From contig NC_057720.1 in assembly GCF_004010195.1 (NCBI RefSeq), positions 36,556,516 to 36,608,285 of the forward strand: DNA of 51,770 nt, in the 5' to 3' direction. A model generated the notes under the pieces. That model was given only the letters and a program-made list of their open reading frames with translations, did no database searches and was not told the DNA's origin. Every line of letters starts with the position of its first letter. Position 1 is the first letter of the stretch. A program made the position numbers and the translations under genes. This DNA comes from Chiloscyllium plagiosum (taxonomy: Eukaryota). This document shows, one piece after another, positions 13,331 through 24,542 of this stretch.

Positions 13331-16125
13331 TACAAACTGGGAGGATTAAAAAGAACCTTGAATACATACCAATTTCAGTATTTGCTATTCCTTTATTTCC
13401 AACTGATAGCTGAAATCCACCAGGGGGCATATGTTCATCATTGTTTTGGATCACTCATTGTGTAAGCACACCATGCAACAGTTAATAGGAATTCTCCATA
13501 TGTATTGGCTAGGCCTATACTTATTGCATTTGATTTCAAGGAATGACTGAAGAGAAAAAAAAAATCACTTTGCAGCCACTTTGCCCATTTAATATTCCAC
13601 CCTGTCCAGTCTCAGACAAAAATCAACAACACTGCATTGAATTATGACTTTTACACAAGGAAGAGGAACCTATAGTACAAAGTAACCAACACCACAAAAC
13701 TTGTGTGGTTAACTTGTTTAAATGCTTGAATCTCAAATCATCCAGCAATAAACTGCAGTCAGTGTGTTTCTCAGCTCTACTACAAGTATTTAACAATTCA
13801 GTTCAGTGCAAATATACGCAACCTGACATGTACTTTTCTCCCCCTCAAAAAAAACCCAGAAAACGTATTCACAATCCTTCACCTTATGATTGCAATTGGC
13901 CAGAAATACAACTACTCTCAATTCTAGGGAAAGCTGCAAATCAGCAATGGGATTTGAAAGTTTGTGTAGACAGGTAACGAAAGAGCAAATAGAATGTTCC
14001 ATTAAGGGATTTGGAATACAAAAGGGGAAGTGATGCTTCAGTTGTGGAGAGACACCTGGTATACTGGATGATGATAGGGTACACTCAGAGAACTTCTGGT
14101 GAGGAAAAATACAGAACAAGGAGGAATCACATTAAAATTTGAGCTAGGTCACTTAAGAGCAAAATCAGCAAGTAAGTAATTTTTCATCTCTCATTCACAC
14201 ATGTGTCCACACATCAGCTTTGACCTCAGAATGGTGAAATAGGCTTAGGAGATCTTTGGAAATGCCTTTATCTGCTTAGATCTCCAGTTTATGTAATACA
14301 TTTAATTTACATTCCTGTGGAAACGAGCAAATACGTAAAGCATAATCTTGATCTATAACTGATTAGGGTAGAAAGATTTGAACCATGCTCATGGTGGCAA
14401 TTTTTGAAGATAAAACCTGAAAGAAATTATAACAATAAAAGTGAAATGCAAGGTTAAAAGACAAAACATGTGATCCATCTCTGTGACAACCATGAACAGT
14501 TCTACACGACCCAGAATATGAAACGCTGATGTACCTGTTGTGTAAATATTAGACAAATGAAGGAAGTGACATCTATACCAGAAAATAATAAATCTGCAAT
14601 AAACTAGTCTATAACCATCTCAGCCTTGAATTGAATCCTGGGTATTTAACTTTGAACTAGGCAACATTTTACCTAAAGGTTGGAACAAAAAAGCACCCCT
14701 AATCCCAGATTTGGAGAGGGTCAGACATTACAACTTTACAGAAATTTATCATTGTTACAAATAGAAAGGTAGACAAAGAAAAAAAGTGAACTCTCCAAAC
14801 TTGACATTCAATGTGTATTGATCACATTCAACTAAACAGGAATAATCTCAATTACAACTTAAGCCTTCTGCCATAACTTTTTTTACCAGCTGAATCAATT
14901 ATGACAACAGACATCTGAGTCAGACTGCATCAAGAACTTTTTTAAAAAAAAATTAGCTTGCAAAATAAAAGTTTTGAGGGCGGCACCCTAATAATAGTTC
15001 AAAGAATTACTGCAAATCATGTAACATCATCCCCTGAACTCTCAAAGTATATATGGAACTTGCAACCAAGACAACATCTCTCATTGTAGCTTTACCAGTA
15101 ACAAAAAAGTTTGATTTGGCTATAACAACGTAATTGAATTGTTCACTTTGCTGGACATGGACTAGGATTTAATCGGAATCAAAAGGTTTGAATCAAAGGC
15201 ATTACAATGGTAGGAGAACTGATCTAGATTAAAGGTGGAAACTACAGCATTCAAGAGAACATTGGCTTTTAGATACAAGTCATACCTTTGACTCATATCA
15301 CACCTTTAATTTCCACATTTCAGTTCCTTTTATTAGTGGTGAGATTTGATCCATTATGGTGCAATGTAACTCCCTATATTATTAGGGAAGCCGGAAATAA
15401 AGATTACATTTTCTTCCAAAATGTTTGAAATTCAATCAAGATTTTTCTATCAACCAATTTTAAAATTTAATTCAAGTAATAAAATTGAACTAGTTTTATT
15501 CCCTCCAAGTAGTTGCTTACAACACCAATACTTCCTGATCAAACAAAAACATAATCAGCATCGAGTGCAAATGATAAAGATTTTGGTAGAATAAGAGTTC
15601 AAATCAACCCACATGTGCTAATTATGAAGTACAATTTCATAATATGATACATTAGGTTGACTAGAACAGACCCAAACCATTTAGAGTAAATCTTCAGACT
15701 TCCTGATATTTGTTAATGCAAATCTTAGACCCCCTAGTTCCTTTGGCACCTGAATGGACAACAGCAATTTCTCCTAAAAGTTTAGACATACAGGAATGAT
15801 CATCATTGGCCTCTTAATTGTTTTTAAACAGTTGCAAACTTACAAGTTTGGTTGAATAAACAGGTATAGTTAAAAAGGTCCATGGATATAAAAGGGAAAT
15901 ATTTTGGGCAGGGAATAAATCTCAATTTTGACCAATGTTCAATCCTAGCAGTTCCCCAAATGGGGGTTTCAAAAAAAAACACAGCAAATACACATTTTAA
16001 ATGCAAATTTGGCTCACGTAAAAGAAAACTGCAAAAACAAAGTCCTTAGCATGCCAGCTAACAATACTTCAAAACACAGTAGTTGCAACATTGTGCAAGT
16101 TGATGAGTTTGTTGGCAGCAGACGT

Positions 16126-16173
16126 CTAGTAGCTGTAGAGAGACAAAGGGGTATCCTCTTCCATCATGTCATC
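16126..16173 (-). CDS. Mucin-like type-I membrane protein, last coding exon (DDMMEEDTPLSLYSY*)
   Basis: Acceptor 'tctttgcttcacttacCAG' (16176-16174); phase 0 matches the TM exon donor; TAG at 16128-16126. Confidence 0.85.
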   Translation of the reverse strand, partial: DDMMEEDTPLSLYSY

Positions 16174-16639
16174 CTGGTAAGTGAAGCAAAGATTATGTTA
16201 AGACTTATTTTATGAAACTCCACTCACCACCTTCCTTCCCCACCTTACCTGGCACTATTAAAAATAAATTCTCACAATCAACCATCTGCACTGCCACAGT
16301 TTACTGTTTGCTCTCTGCCATGACCATTACTTCTGCAGCATAGAAGTGACAGAAACTAACCCATCTGGAGAAATTACTGGCACAAAGTGTACCAAATCAC
16401 TGTGCACCTAAATGCATTGTAGCACCAATACAGACTCCACTTCCCCTAACCCTCTGCAAAAGAGAGAGTGGCTACAGGCAATGCAGGTTTCAGTTAAGAC
16501 ATTGGAGTATTTTGTGTTTGTTTGATATCACCTAAAGGACAATATGTGCATCAGTTTCAAAATTATTCATGGTTGACAGAATAAAAAAGGAAACGGATCT
16601 TAAAAAGATGAAAACAACAACAATCTAGGGGCCAAAAAG

Positions 16640-16768
16640 GGTTCTAAGGAGGAGTCACGCACCCCAAAACATTAACTCTGCTTTCTCTCCATAGATGCTG
16701 CTAGGCATGTTGAGTTTTTCCAACAATTTCTGGTTTTGTTTGATTTCCAGCATTTGCAGTTTTTTTTG
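16640..16768 (+). mobile_element. Decayed Penelope (Neptune-like) terminal fragment
   Basis: 'aaacattaactctgctttctctccatagatgctgctagg...gatttccagcatttgcagttttt', same family as 12338. Confidence 0.6.
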
Positions 16769-17204
16769 GTAAGACTGATAGAACTAGTTAAATAGATTAG
16801 AGGAAAATTAATTGAGGTGGTGGTGATGATAGAACCTGAGAAAATGGATAACAAAATTGGCAGCCTAAGATGCAAAACAACAATGGGACATTTAAAAAAT
16901 GTTCAGCAGTAAATGATTGAAGTGAAAAAGTATAGCTATGCAAAATCAGATTTAGAGGAAGAAAAGTTGGAGGAGGCTTGAATGGAGCATAAAAGCCAGC
17001 AAAGTCCAGAGCGGTCAATGCTGCATTCTGTGCAATCCTGTGCAATGAAATCAATATATTTAAAATCTAATGCTACATCCCTTTTCCAACTAATAATACA
17101 GAAGAAAAACAATAGGGCAATAAAAGGTGCAGAGGCATAATATTATTAAACAGCACTCAAGAGAAAACAAGCCTAATTTATATAACCTCTCCTCAATTTA
17201 ACCA

Positions 17205-17850
17205 TTGAATCTAAGTGTCATTCTTATAAACCCACATTGTACTCCCTCTAAAGACCAATATATCCTTCCTAGTATGTGGCGTCCAAATCTCCTCACAGTA
17301 CTCACAAGTGGGGTCTAGCAACGGTTTTGTGCAACTATAGCATAACCACTGCATCGTTCTACTCCAGTATTTTATATCTAAAGACCAGCATTCCATTAGC
17401 CTTCCTGATAGTTTTCTGCAACTGTGCATGGAAGTTTAAATGTCTGTGTACCTGAACCACCAACCCTTTGCACATTCACTGTGTTTAACTTCATACCATG
17501 ATCTACCCTTTCAGTCCAAAATGGACAGCCTCACATTTGCTTACTTTGACCTCCATCTGCCATACAGTTTTGCTTATTCACTTAGCCCTTTTGTAATTTT
17601 ATACTAACATCCACACGGTCTACAATGCTGCCTTTGACTTATCAACAAATTTGGATAAAACTACTTTCTATACCATCATCCAATTTTTGAGGCCATAACA
17701 AATCCTTGTGGGACACCACTGGTTAAATCCTATCAATTTGAGTACCTGCCCACTATGCCTATTTTCTGTAGTCTGTTACTCAATCACTTTCCCACCTATG
17801 TCAGTAATTTGCCTTCAATTCCATGGACTTACAGTTTAGCTAACAGTTAA
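17205..17850 (-). mobile_element. Old CR1 RT fragment
   Basis: Minus-strand 'agtggtgtcccacaagg' and ORF 17211-17429 (LCYSCTKPLLDPTCEYCEEIWTPHTRKDI). Confidence 0.75.
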
Positions 17851-17859
17851 AATTTAGAA

Positions 17860-19420
17860 TTATGGAAAGGATCAAACTTGGATAGGAGTACTAGCTTCAT
17901 TGGGAAGAGTCAAACCTTACAAAGCTGAGACGTCAGCTGGCAGAAGTACATGATCAGGAGGAGAAAAGCAAAAGCAAGGTTTTACAGGCAGTGGAGACCT
18001 GGCTCCATAAAAAGAGGGAAAAAACAGTCACTGCCAATCTAGATCCTCCTACCTGGTTAGCCAGAAGCACACAAAGCAAGAAAATTGAGCAAAGAAAAAC
18101 GAAGAGAGCTTATGACCGTGCTAAATTGCCCATAGTGTTAGGGGCAGGGGTAAATGTAGGGAAATGGGTCTGGGTGGGTTGCGCTTCGGCAGGTCGGTGT
18201 GGACTTGTTGGGCCAAAGGGTCTGTTTCCACACTAAGTAATCTAGTCTAATCTAATGACAATCTTAAAAATAAAAGTAATACTTAAGATTCAAGGAGTAT
18301 TGAAAAAATGGGGTGAAATTTACAAAAAAAAGCAGTGAGTGTATGTAAAATAATGGCCAGTAAAATTAACAAAAATCCAAAGATGTTCTGTGAGTACATT
18401 AAGAGTAAGAGAATGATTAAGGCTACAGGAAATGGAGACTTGTGCATTAATACAGGGTTCTAAATGAGTATTTTGCCTGTCCTCAGAAATGAAAGGAATG
18501 ATGCAGACATTCCAATGCCAGTGTGAAATATTAAATAACATAAGCACGAGAAGGGAAGTATCTCCTTTGAAGGTAGATAATCACTTGGACTGAAGGAATT
18601 GTTCACCTATGCTGTTAAAAGGAAGCAAGGGAGGAAATAGCAGGAGTTCTCAGGATCATTTTCCAATTCTTATCAGATACTAAAGTGAGGTAACACAGGA
18701 TTGGAGGTCTGTGAACATTGTCTGTTACTACTGCCTGTAAGAATGTAACAGTCGTTTGGTTGAGTGATTAGAAAAGTAGCAAATGGAATTCAATCTGGAG
18801 AAGCACAAGGTTATGCATCTGGCAAGTGCAAATAAAGCAAGAAAATACATAATTGACAGGAGGACAAAGAGTGCGGTAGAGGAAGTGAGAGACCTTGGAA
18901 CAGATATCCAAAGGTCCATAAAAAGTGCAGGACAGAGACAGTGGTAAAAGGCTTCCTTCATTCAGGGAGGAATTAAATACAAAAGCAGGGATGCAATGCT
19001 GGGTAGATATAATACTCTGACTAGATGCTATCTTTGTGTACAGATCCAGTCACCACATTATAAGGAGAACCTAATTGCTCTGGAGAGAGTAGAAAAGATT
19101 AGCAACAATGTGGCAAGGTCTTAAAAATTGCAACCACAAGGAAATGGATGGATAAGCTAGATTGTTTTCCACAGATCAGAGAAGGAAGAGAAGTGACTTA
19201 AAAATCAGAGGTGTATCAAATAATTAGGGACTTGGATAAACTGGACAGGGAGGACTTAATTCTCTTCTCCACTGGAGGAACTGAGAGGACACAGATTTAA
19301 AAGGTAAATGGCAGAAGTATTAAAGGGGGCATGAGAAAAACATTTTCAAACAATGGTGAGTGTTTAGGTATCTCTATCCAGTTTGGTGGTTGAGGTGGAA
19401 GTTCCCAAATTATTTGAGGA
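17860..19420 (+). mobile_element. Old, internally deleted CR1 ORF2 remnant
   Basis: Residual motifs 'aatccaaagatgttctgtgagtacattaagagtaag', 'caaatggaattcaatctggagaagcacaaggttatgcat' and 'ctgagaggacacagatttaaaagg'. Confidence 0.7.
18117..18255 (+). mobile_element. HE1-like SINE 3' half inserted into the old CR1
   Basis: 'gctaaattgcccatagtgtta...ggtcggtgtggacttgttgggccaaagggtctgtttccacact' plus 'taatctagtctaatctaat' tail; reverse complement of ~1400-1530. Confidence 0.85.
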
Positions 19421-19842
19421 GGAATGGATAGAGCAGGGACAGGAATGGTTTTTCAGGTTCCAGGATTTAGATGTTTCAGTAAGAACAGAGAAGATGGTAA
19501 AAGAGGGGGAGGTGTGGCATTGTTGGTCAAGGACAGAATTGCAGTTGCAGAAAGGATGTTTGAGGACTCCTCAATTGAGGTAGTATGGACTGAGGTTAGA
19601 AACAGGAAAGGAGAGGTCACCCTTTAGGGAGTTTTCTATAGGCCTCCAAATAGTTCCAGAGATGAAGAGGAAAGGATATCAAAGATGATTCTCGATAGAA
19701 GTAAGTGAGAGACAGGGCAGTTGTCATGGGAGACTTCAACTTTCCAAATATTCACTGGGAACACTATAGTACGAGTACTATAGATAGGTCAGTTTTTGTC
19801 CAGTGTGTGCAGGAGGGCTTCCTGACACAGTATATAGACAGG

Positions 19843-19970
19843 AGAAAGTGAGGACTGCAGATGCTGGAGATCAGAGCTGAAAATGTGTTGCTGGAAAAGC
19901 GCAGCAGGTCAGGCAGCAGCCAAGGAACAGGAGAATCGACGTTTCGGGCATAAGCCCTTCTTCAGGAAGG
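19843..19970 (-). mobile_element. Miniature Penelope-derived hammerhead element nested in CR1
   Basis: Flanked by a 16-bp TSD acagtat[a/g]tagacagg (19827-19842 and 19977-19992); interrupts the CR1 endonuclease region. Confidence 0.85.
19938..19965 (-). ncRNA. Minimal type-I hammerhead ribozyme core (Penelope type)
   Basis: Minus strand reads CUGAAGA-A-GGGC-UUAU-GCCC-GAAAC-GUC: conserved CUGANGA and GAAA boxes, perfect 4-bp stem II, palindromic ACGU stem III, GUC cleavage triplet. Stem I is only ~2 bp. Confidence 0.7.
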
Positions 19971-22751
19971 ATGTAGACAGTATGTAGACAGGCCAACAAG
20001 GCGCAAAGCCACTTTAGGTTTGGTACTGGGTAATGAGCCCAGCCAGGTGTTAGACTTAGAAAAGGTAGGTGAGCACTTTGGTGATAGCGATCACAATTCT
20101 GTTATATTTACTTTAGTGATAGAAAGGGATAGGTGTATACCACTGGGCAAGAATTACAGCTGGGGGAAAGGCAATTATGATGCGAGTAGGCAAGATTTAG
20201 GAAGTGTCCTAGATAAGTATGTATCTGTCAGGCAGGGAGGAAGCTGTAGAGCGCGGGAGCCGTGGTTTATGAAGGAAGTGGAATCTCTGGTCAAGAGGAA
20301 GAAAAAGGCTTATGTTAGAATGAGATGTGAAGGCTCAGTTAGGGTGCTTGAGGGTTACAAGGTAGTCAGGAAAGACCTAAAAGAGAGAACACAGAAGAGC
20401 CAGGAGGAGACATGAGAAGTTGTTGGCGGATAGGATCAGGGTAAACCCCAAGGCTTTCTATAGGTATTTAAGAAATAAAAGAATGACGAGAGTAAGATTA
20501 GGGCCAATCAAGGATAGTAGTGGGAAGTTGTGTGTGGAGTCAGACGAGATAGGGGAAGCACAAAATGAATATTTTTCGACAGTATTCACTCTAGAAAATG
20601 ATAATATTGTCGAGGAGAATACGGAGAATACCTAGGCTACTAGACTAGGTGGGATTGAGGTTCACAAGGAAGAGATATTAGAAATCCTGCAGAGTGTGAA
20701 AATAGATAAGTCCCCTGGGCCGGATGGGATTTATCCTAGGATCCTCTGGGAAGCCAGGGAGGAGATTGCTGAGCCTTTGACATTGATTTTTAAATCGTCA
20801 TTGTCTACAGGAATAGTGCCAGAAGACTGGAGGATAGCAAATGTGGTTCCCCTGTTCAAGAAGGGGAGTAGAGACAACCCTGGTAATTATAGACCAGTGA
20901 GCCTTACTTCAGTTGTTGGTGAAGTGTTGGAAAAAGTTATAAGAGATAGGATTTATAATCATCTAGAAAGGACTAATTTGATGATGGATAGTCAGCACAG
21001 TTTTGTGAAGGGTAGGTCGTGCCTCACAAACCTTATTGAGTTCTTTGAGAAGGTGACCAAACAGGTAAAACAGATGAGAGTAAACTGGTTGATGTGGTGT
21101 ATATGGATTTCAGCAAGGTGTTCGATAAGGTTCCCCAGAGTAGGCTGTACAAAATGCAGAGGAATGGGATTGTGGGAGATATAGCATTTTGGAACGGTAA
21201 TTGGCTTGCTGAAAGACGACAGAGGGTGGTGTTTGATGGAAATGTTCATCCTGGAGTCCAGTTACTAGTGGTGTACCACAAGGGTCGGTGTAAGGTCCAC
21301 TGCTATTCGTCATTTTTAGAAGCCACCTGGGATGAGGGGGTAGAAGGGTGGGTGAGTAAATTTGCAGATGACACTAAAGTCGGTGGAGTTGTGGATAGTG
21401 ACGAAGGATGTTGTCGGCGACAGAGAGACATAGATAAGCTGCAGAGCTGGGCTGAGAGATGGCAAATGGAGTTTAATGCAGACAAGTGTGAGGTGATTCA
21501 CTTTGGTCAGAGAAACCGGAATTCAAAGTACTGGGCTAATGGTAAGATTCTTGGTAGTGTAGATGAGCAGAGAGATCTCGGTGTCCAGGTACACAGATCC
21601 TTGAAAGTTGCCATCCAGGTTGACAGGGTTGTTAAGAAGGCATACAGTGTTTCAGCTTTTATTAATAAAGGGATCGAGTTCCGGAACCATGAGGTTATGC
21701 TACAGCTGTACAAAACTCTGGTATGGCCGCACTTGGAGTATTGTGTACAGTTCTGGTCACCACATTATAAGAAGGATGTGGAAGTTTTGGAAAGGGTGCA
21801 GGGGAGATTTACTAGGATGTTGCCTGGTATGGAGGGAAGATCTTACGAGGAAAGGCTGAGGGATTTGAGGCTGTTTTCATTAGAGAGGAAGAAGGTTGGG
21901 AGGTGACTTAATAGAAACATATAAGATAATCAGAGGGTAAGATGGGTGGACAGGGAGCGCCTTTTTCCAAGAATGTTGATGGCGAGCACGAGGGGGCATA
22001 GCTTTAAATTGAGGGGTGATAGATATAGGATAGATGTCAGAGGTAGTTTCTTTACTCAGAGTAGTATGGGTATGGAATGCTTTGCCTACAACGGTAGTAG
22101 ATTTGTCAACTTTAAGTGCATTTAAGTCGTCATTGGACAAGCATATGGATTTACATGGAATAGTGTAGGTTAGATGGGCTTCAGATTGGTGTGACAGGTC
22201 AGTGCAACATCGAGGGCCGAAGGGCCTATACTGCGCTGTAATGTTCTATGTTCTGAGAATCTGGAGCTGCCCCTGAAGCACTAATCTGGAAAGCTATGGA
22301 CCCGATGCTAGAGCTGGGATTGGAGTAAGTAGCTAGCTGGCACAGACATAATGGGCTCAATGGCATCTGCGTTGTAACTTTCTCCGGTTCTCAAGTGTGA
22401 TTTTCAGGTTTGCTCATATAAAAAAAAAATCAATCATTTTGGGTAATCAGAAAATAATTCATTCCCAACACAAATGGAACCAGCTTCAAAATAGTCTAAT
22501 CAAATGATCGATACAGTGCCACACAAACCATTTCAACTATACTGGCATGGAATTACAACAATAAGCACTACAAAAAGGAGTGAAAACTAGCAAAATAGTA
22601 TTATAAACATACAAGACGCCCAACAGAAAAGAACTCTTTAGGGAATTTAAAAACCATAATTAAAAAGGTTTTGTCATCTTAAAAATAAAGCTGAGAAAAC
22701 AGAAAATAGGAGTTAAAATAACAGGACAATATCTTTCAAACTTATTCCTAC

Positions 22752-22915
22752 CATTGGGAGCTCATGAAGACGCCGGAATTCTGGTTGGTTGTTTCGCTGA
22801 CGGTACTTCAGAAACCCAAGTATTGAAACAATTCCAATAATTATAAAGAAAACTGTGGTGAGTCCTATAACAAGAGGGTCCATTCTGGTTCCATTTGGAT
22901 TAGAAACCGGCCTCC
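22752..22915 (-). CDS. Mucin-like protein transmembrane exon: (G)RPVSNPNGTRMDPLVIGLTTVFFIIIGIVSILGFLKYRQRNNQPEFRRLHELPM
   Basis: Acceptor 'acttccttcttgaaCAG', donor 'ATG|GTAGGA'; 164 nt, phase 1 in and phase 0 out; 22-residue hydrophobic stretch followed by a basic stop-transfer KYRQR. Confidence 0.9.
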
Positions 22916-23018
22916 CTGTTCAAGAAGGAAGTATACTTTTATTAGTACAGTCTGTCAAGTTTTCATCCACATCCCACTTCAAGTTATTCAGTCATAAATG
23001 TATTGTAACAAACATCCC

Positions 23019-24067
23019 CGCGAGTGCGTTTTGAGAAGATTTGTAGCTCAGGTTGAGGTTCTGGATGTAAGTTTGCTCGCTGAGCTGGGAAGTTTGTTTT
23101 CAGATGTTTCATCACCATACTAGTAATATCTTCAGTGAGTCTCCGAATGAAACACTGGTGGCGTATCCTGCTATGTTTGAGTTTCCTAGGGTTGGTATCA
23201 TTTCCTGTTCTTTTTCTCAGGGGGTGGTAAATGGGATCCAAGTCAATGTGTTTGTTGGTAGAGTTCTGGTGGAATGCCATGCTTCTAGGAATTCTCATGC
23301 ATGTAGAGTTCTGGTGGAATGCCATGCTTCTAGGAATTCTCATGCATGTCTCTTTTTGGCTTGTCCTCGGATGGATGTGTTGTCCCAGTTGAAGTGGTCT
23401 CCTTCCTTATCCATATGTAAGGATACTAGTGAGAGCAGGTCGTGTCATTTTGTGGCTAGTTGATGTTCATGTATCTTGGTGGCTAGTTTTCTGCCTGTTT
23501 GTCCAATGTAGTGTTTGTTACAGTTCTTTTATGGAGTCTGTTGTGGGCATCGTTAATCATTTCTGTAAACATTGTGCTTCTGTTTTACTCTGCTATTCTT
23601 TTGGCCCTTAAACGTTGCTCACGACAGACTCTTTAAAAGAACTGTAACAAACACTACATTGCACAAACAGGCAGAAAACTAGCCACCAGGATACATGAAT
23701 ATCAACTTGCCTCAAAACAACATGACCCACTCTCACTAATATCCTTACATACGGATAAGAATGGTCACCACTTCAACTGGGACAACACAGCCATCCCAGG
23801 ACACGTCAGAGACGCACAAGAGAATTCCTAGAAGCATGGCATTCCAACCGGAACTTTATCAACAAGCACACGGACTTGGATCCCATTTACCACACCCTAA
23901 GAAAAAGAATGGGAAATGACATTACCTCCCTGAGGAAACATAAACATAAATAGAAAGCAGGATACACCACCAGTGCTTCATTCGGAGGCTCAAAGAAGAT
24001 GTTACCTAGTATGGTGACGTAACGTCTGAAAATGAACCTTCCAGCTCAGCGAGCTAACCTACATCCA
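23019..24067. mobile_element. Penelope (Poseidon-like) 3' fragment as an inverted pair (arms ~23062-23531 and ~23634-24066)
   Basis: Right arm encodes degenerate GIY-YIG CNKHYIAQTGRKLATRIHE; left arm is its reverse complement; both resemble 42562-43010; hammerhead-like 'ctgaagatattactagtatggtgatgaaacatc' on the minus strand at ~23103-23135. Confidence 0.88.
23259..23348. repeat. Perfect 45-bp tandem duplication within the Penelope left arm
   Basis: tagagttctggtggaatgccatgcttctaggaattctcatgcatg at 23259-23303 and 23304-23348. Confidence 0.95.
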
Positions 24068-24542
24068 AAACATTCCCACTTTCTTGACACATTTAACTGA
24101 ATTACCAATGATTTGAAAGCTCAAAGAACATTCTAGAGGTTCTCTCCTTTTTGGAAGGCATTTTCACAGTTATCTGTGCAATCCTCCAAACTAACTTCAT
24201 TTTAGCAAATGACAACTTCAAACATTTGAAAGGGTTATTATTCTCAAAACCTCAATTAAATAAAGAAATGAGATCACAGAACAATCTCGGTTATCCGAAC
24301 ATCAATTATCCAAACAACATCTCAAGGACCTGTAAATGCTTCCTTGGTTTACGAACAGATCAGTTACTGAACAAAATACTCCTTGCCTGTCTTGTTCAGA
24401 TAATCGAGGTTGTTCTGTACGTGGAATGTAATTACAGAAGTTGGTCTATTGGCCTAAAAAGCCCATGTTGGTGTCTGCACTCCATACATTTGGAATAGGA
24501 CCATCCAGGCTATTGCGCCATTCAATACAATTATGGTTGATC

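Larger units (their letters stand above)
19430..22254 (+). mobile_element. CR1/HER1 LINE, ~2.8 kb ORF2 pseudogene (APE endonuclease, RT, C-terminus, 3' tail)
   Basis: GKRGGGVALLVK, EHFGDSDHN, DKSPGPDGIYPR, PGNYRPVSLTSVVG, VYMDFSKVFDKVP, SKFADDTK, LYKTLVWPHLEYCVQFWSP; frameshifts between ORFs; tail 'ttctatgttct'. Confidence 0.95.

Noticed and set aside
19430..22254. Active or domesticated reverse transcriptase
   Set aside because: Multiple frameshifts and stops, a nested insertion and 5' truncation.
22984..23343. Repeat-containing protein MRIPRSMAFHQNST x2
   Set aside because: Product of the 45-bp duplication inside a Penelope remnant.
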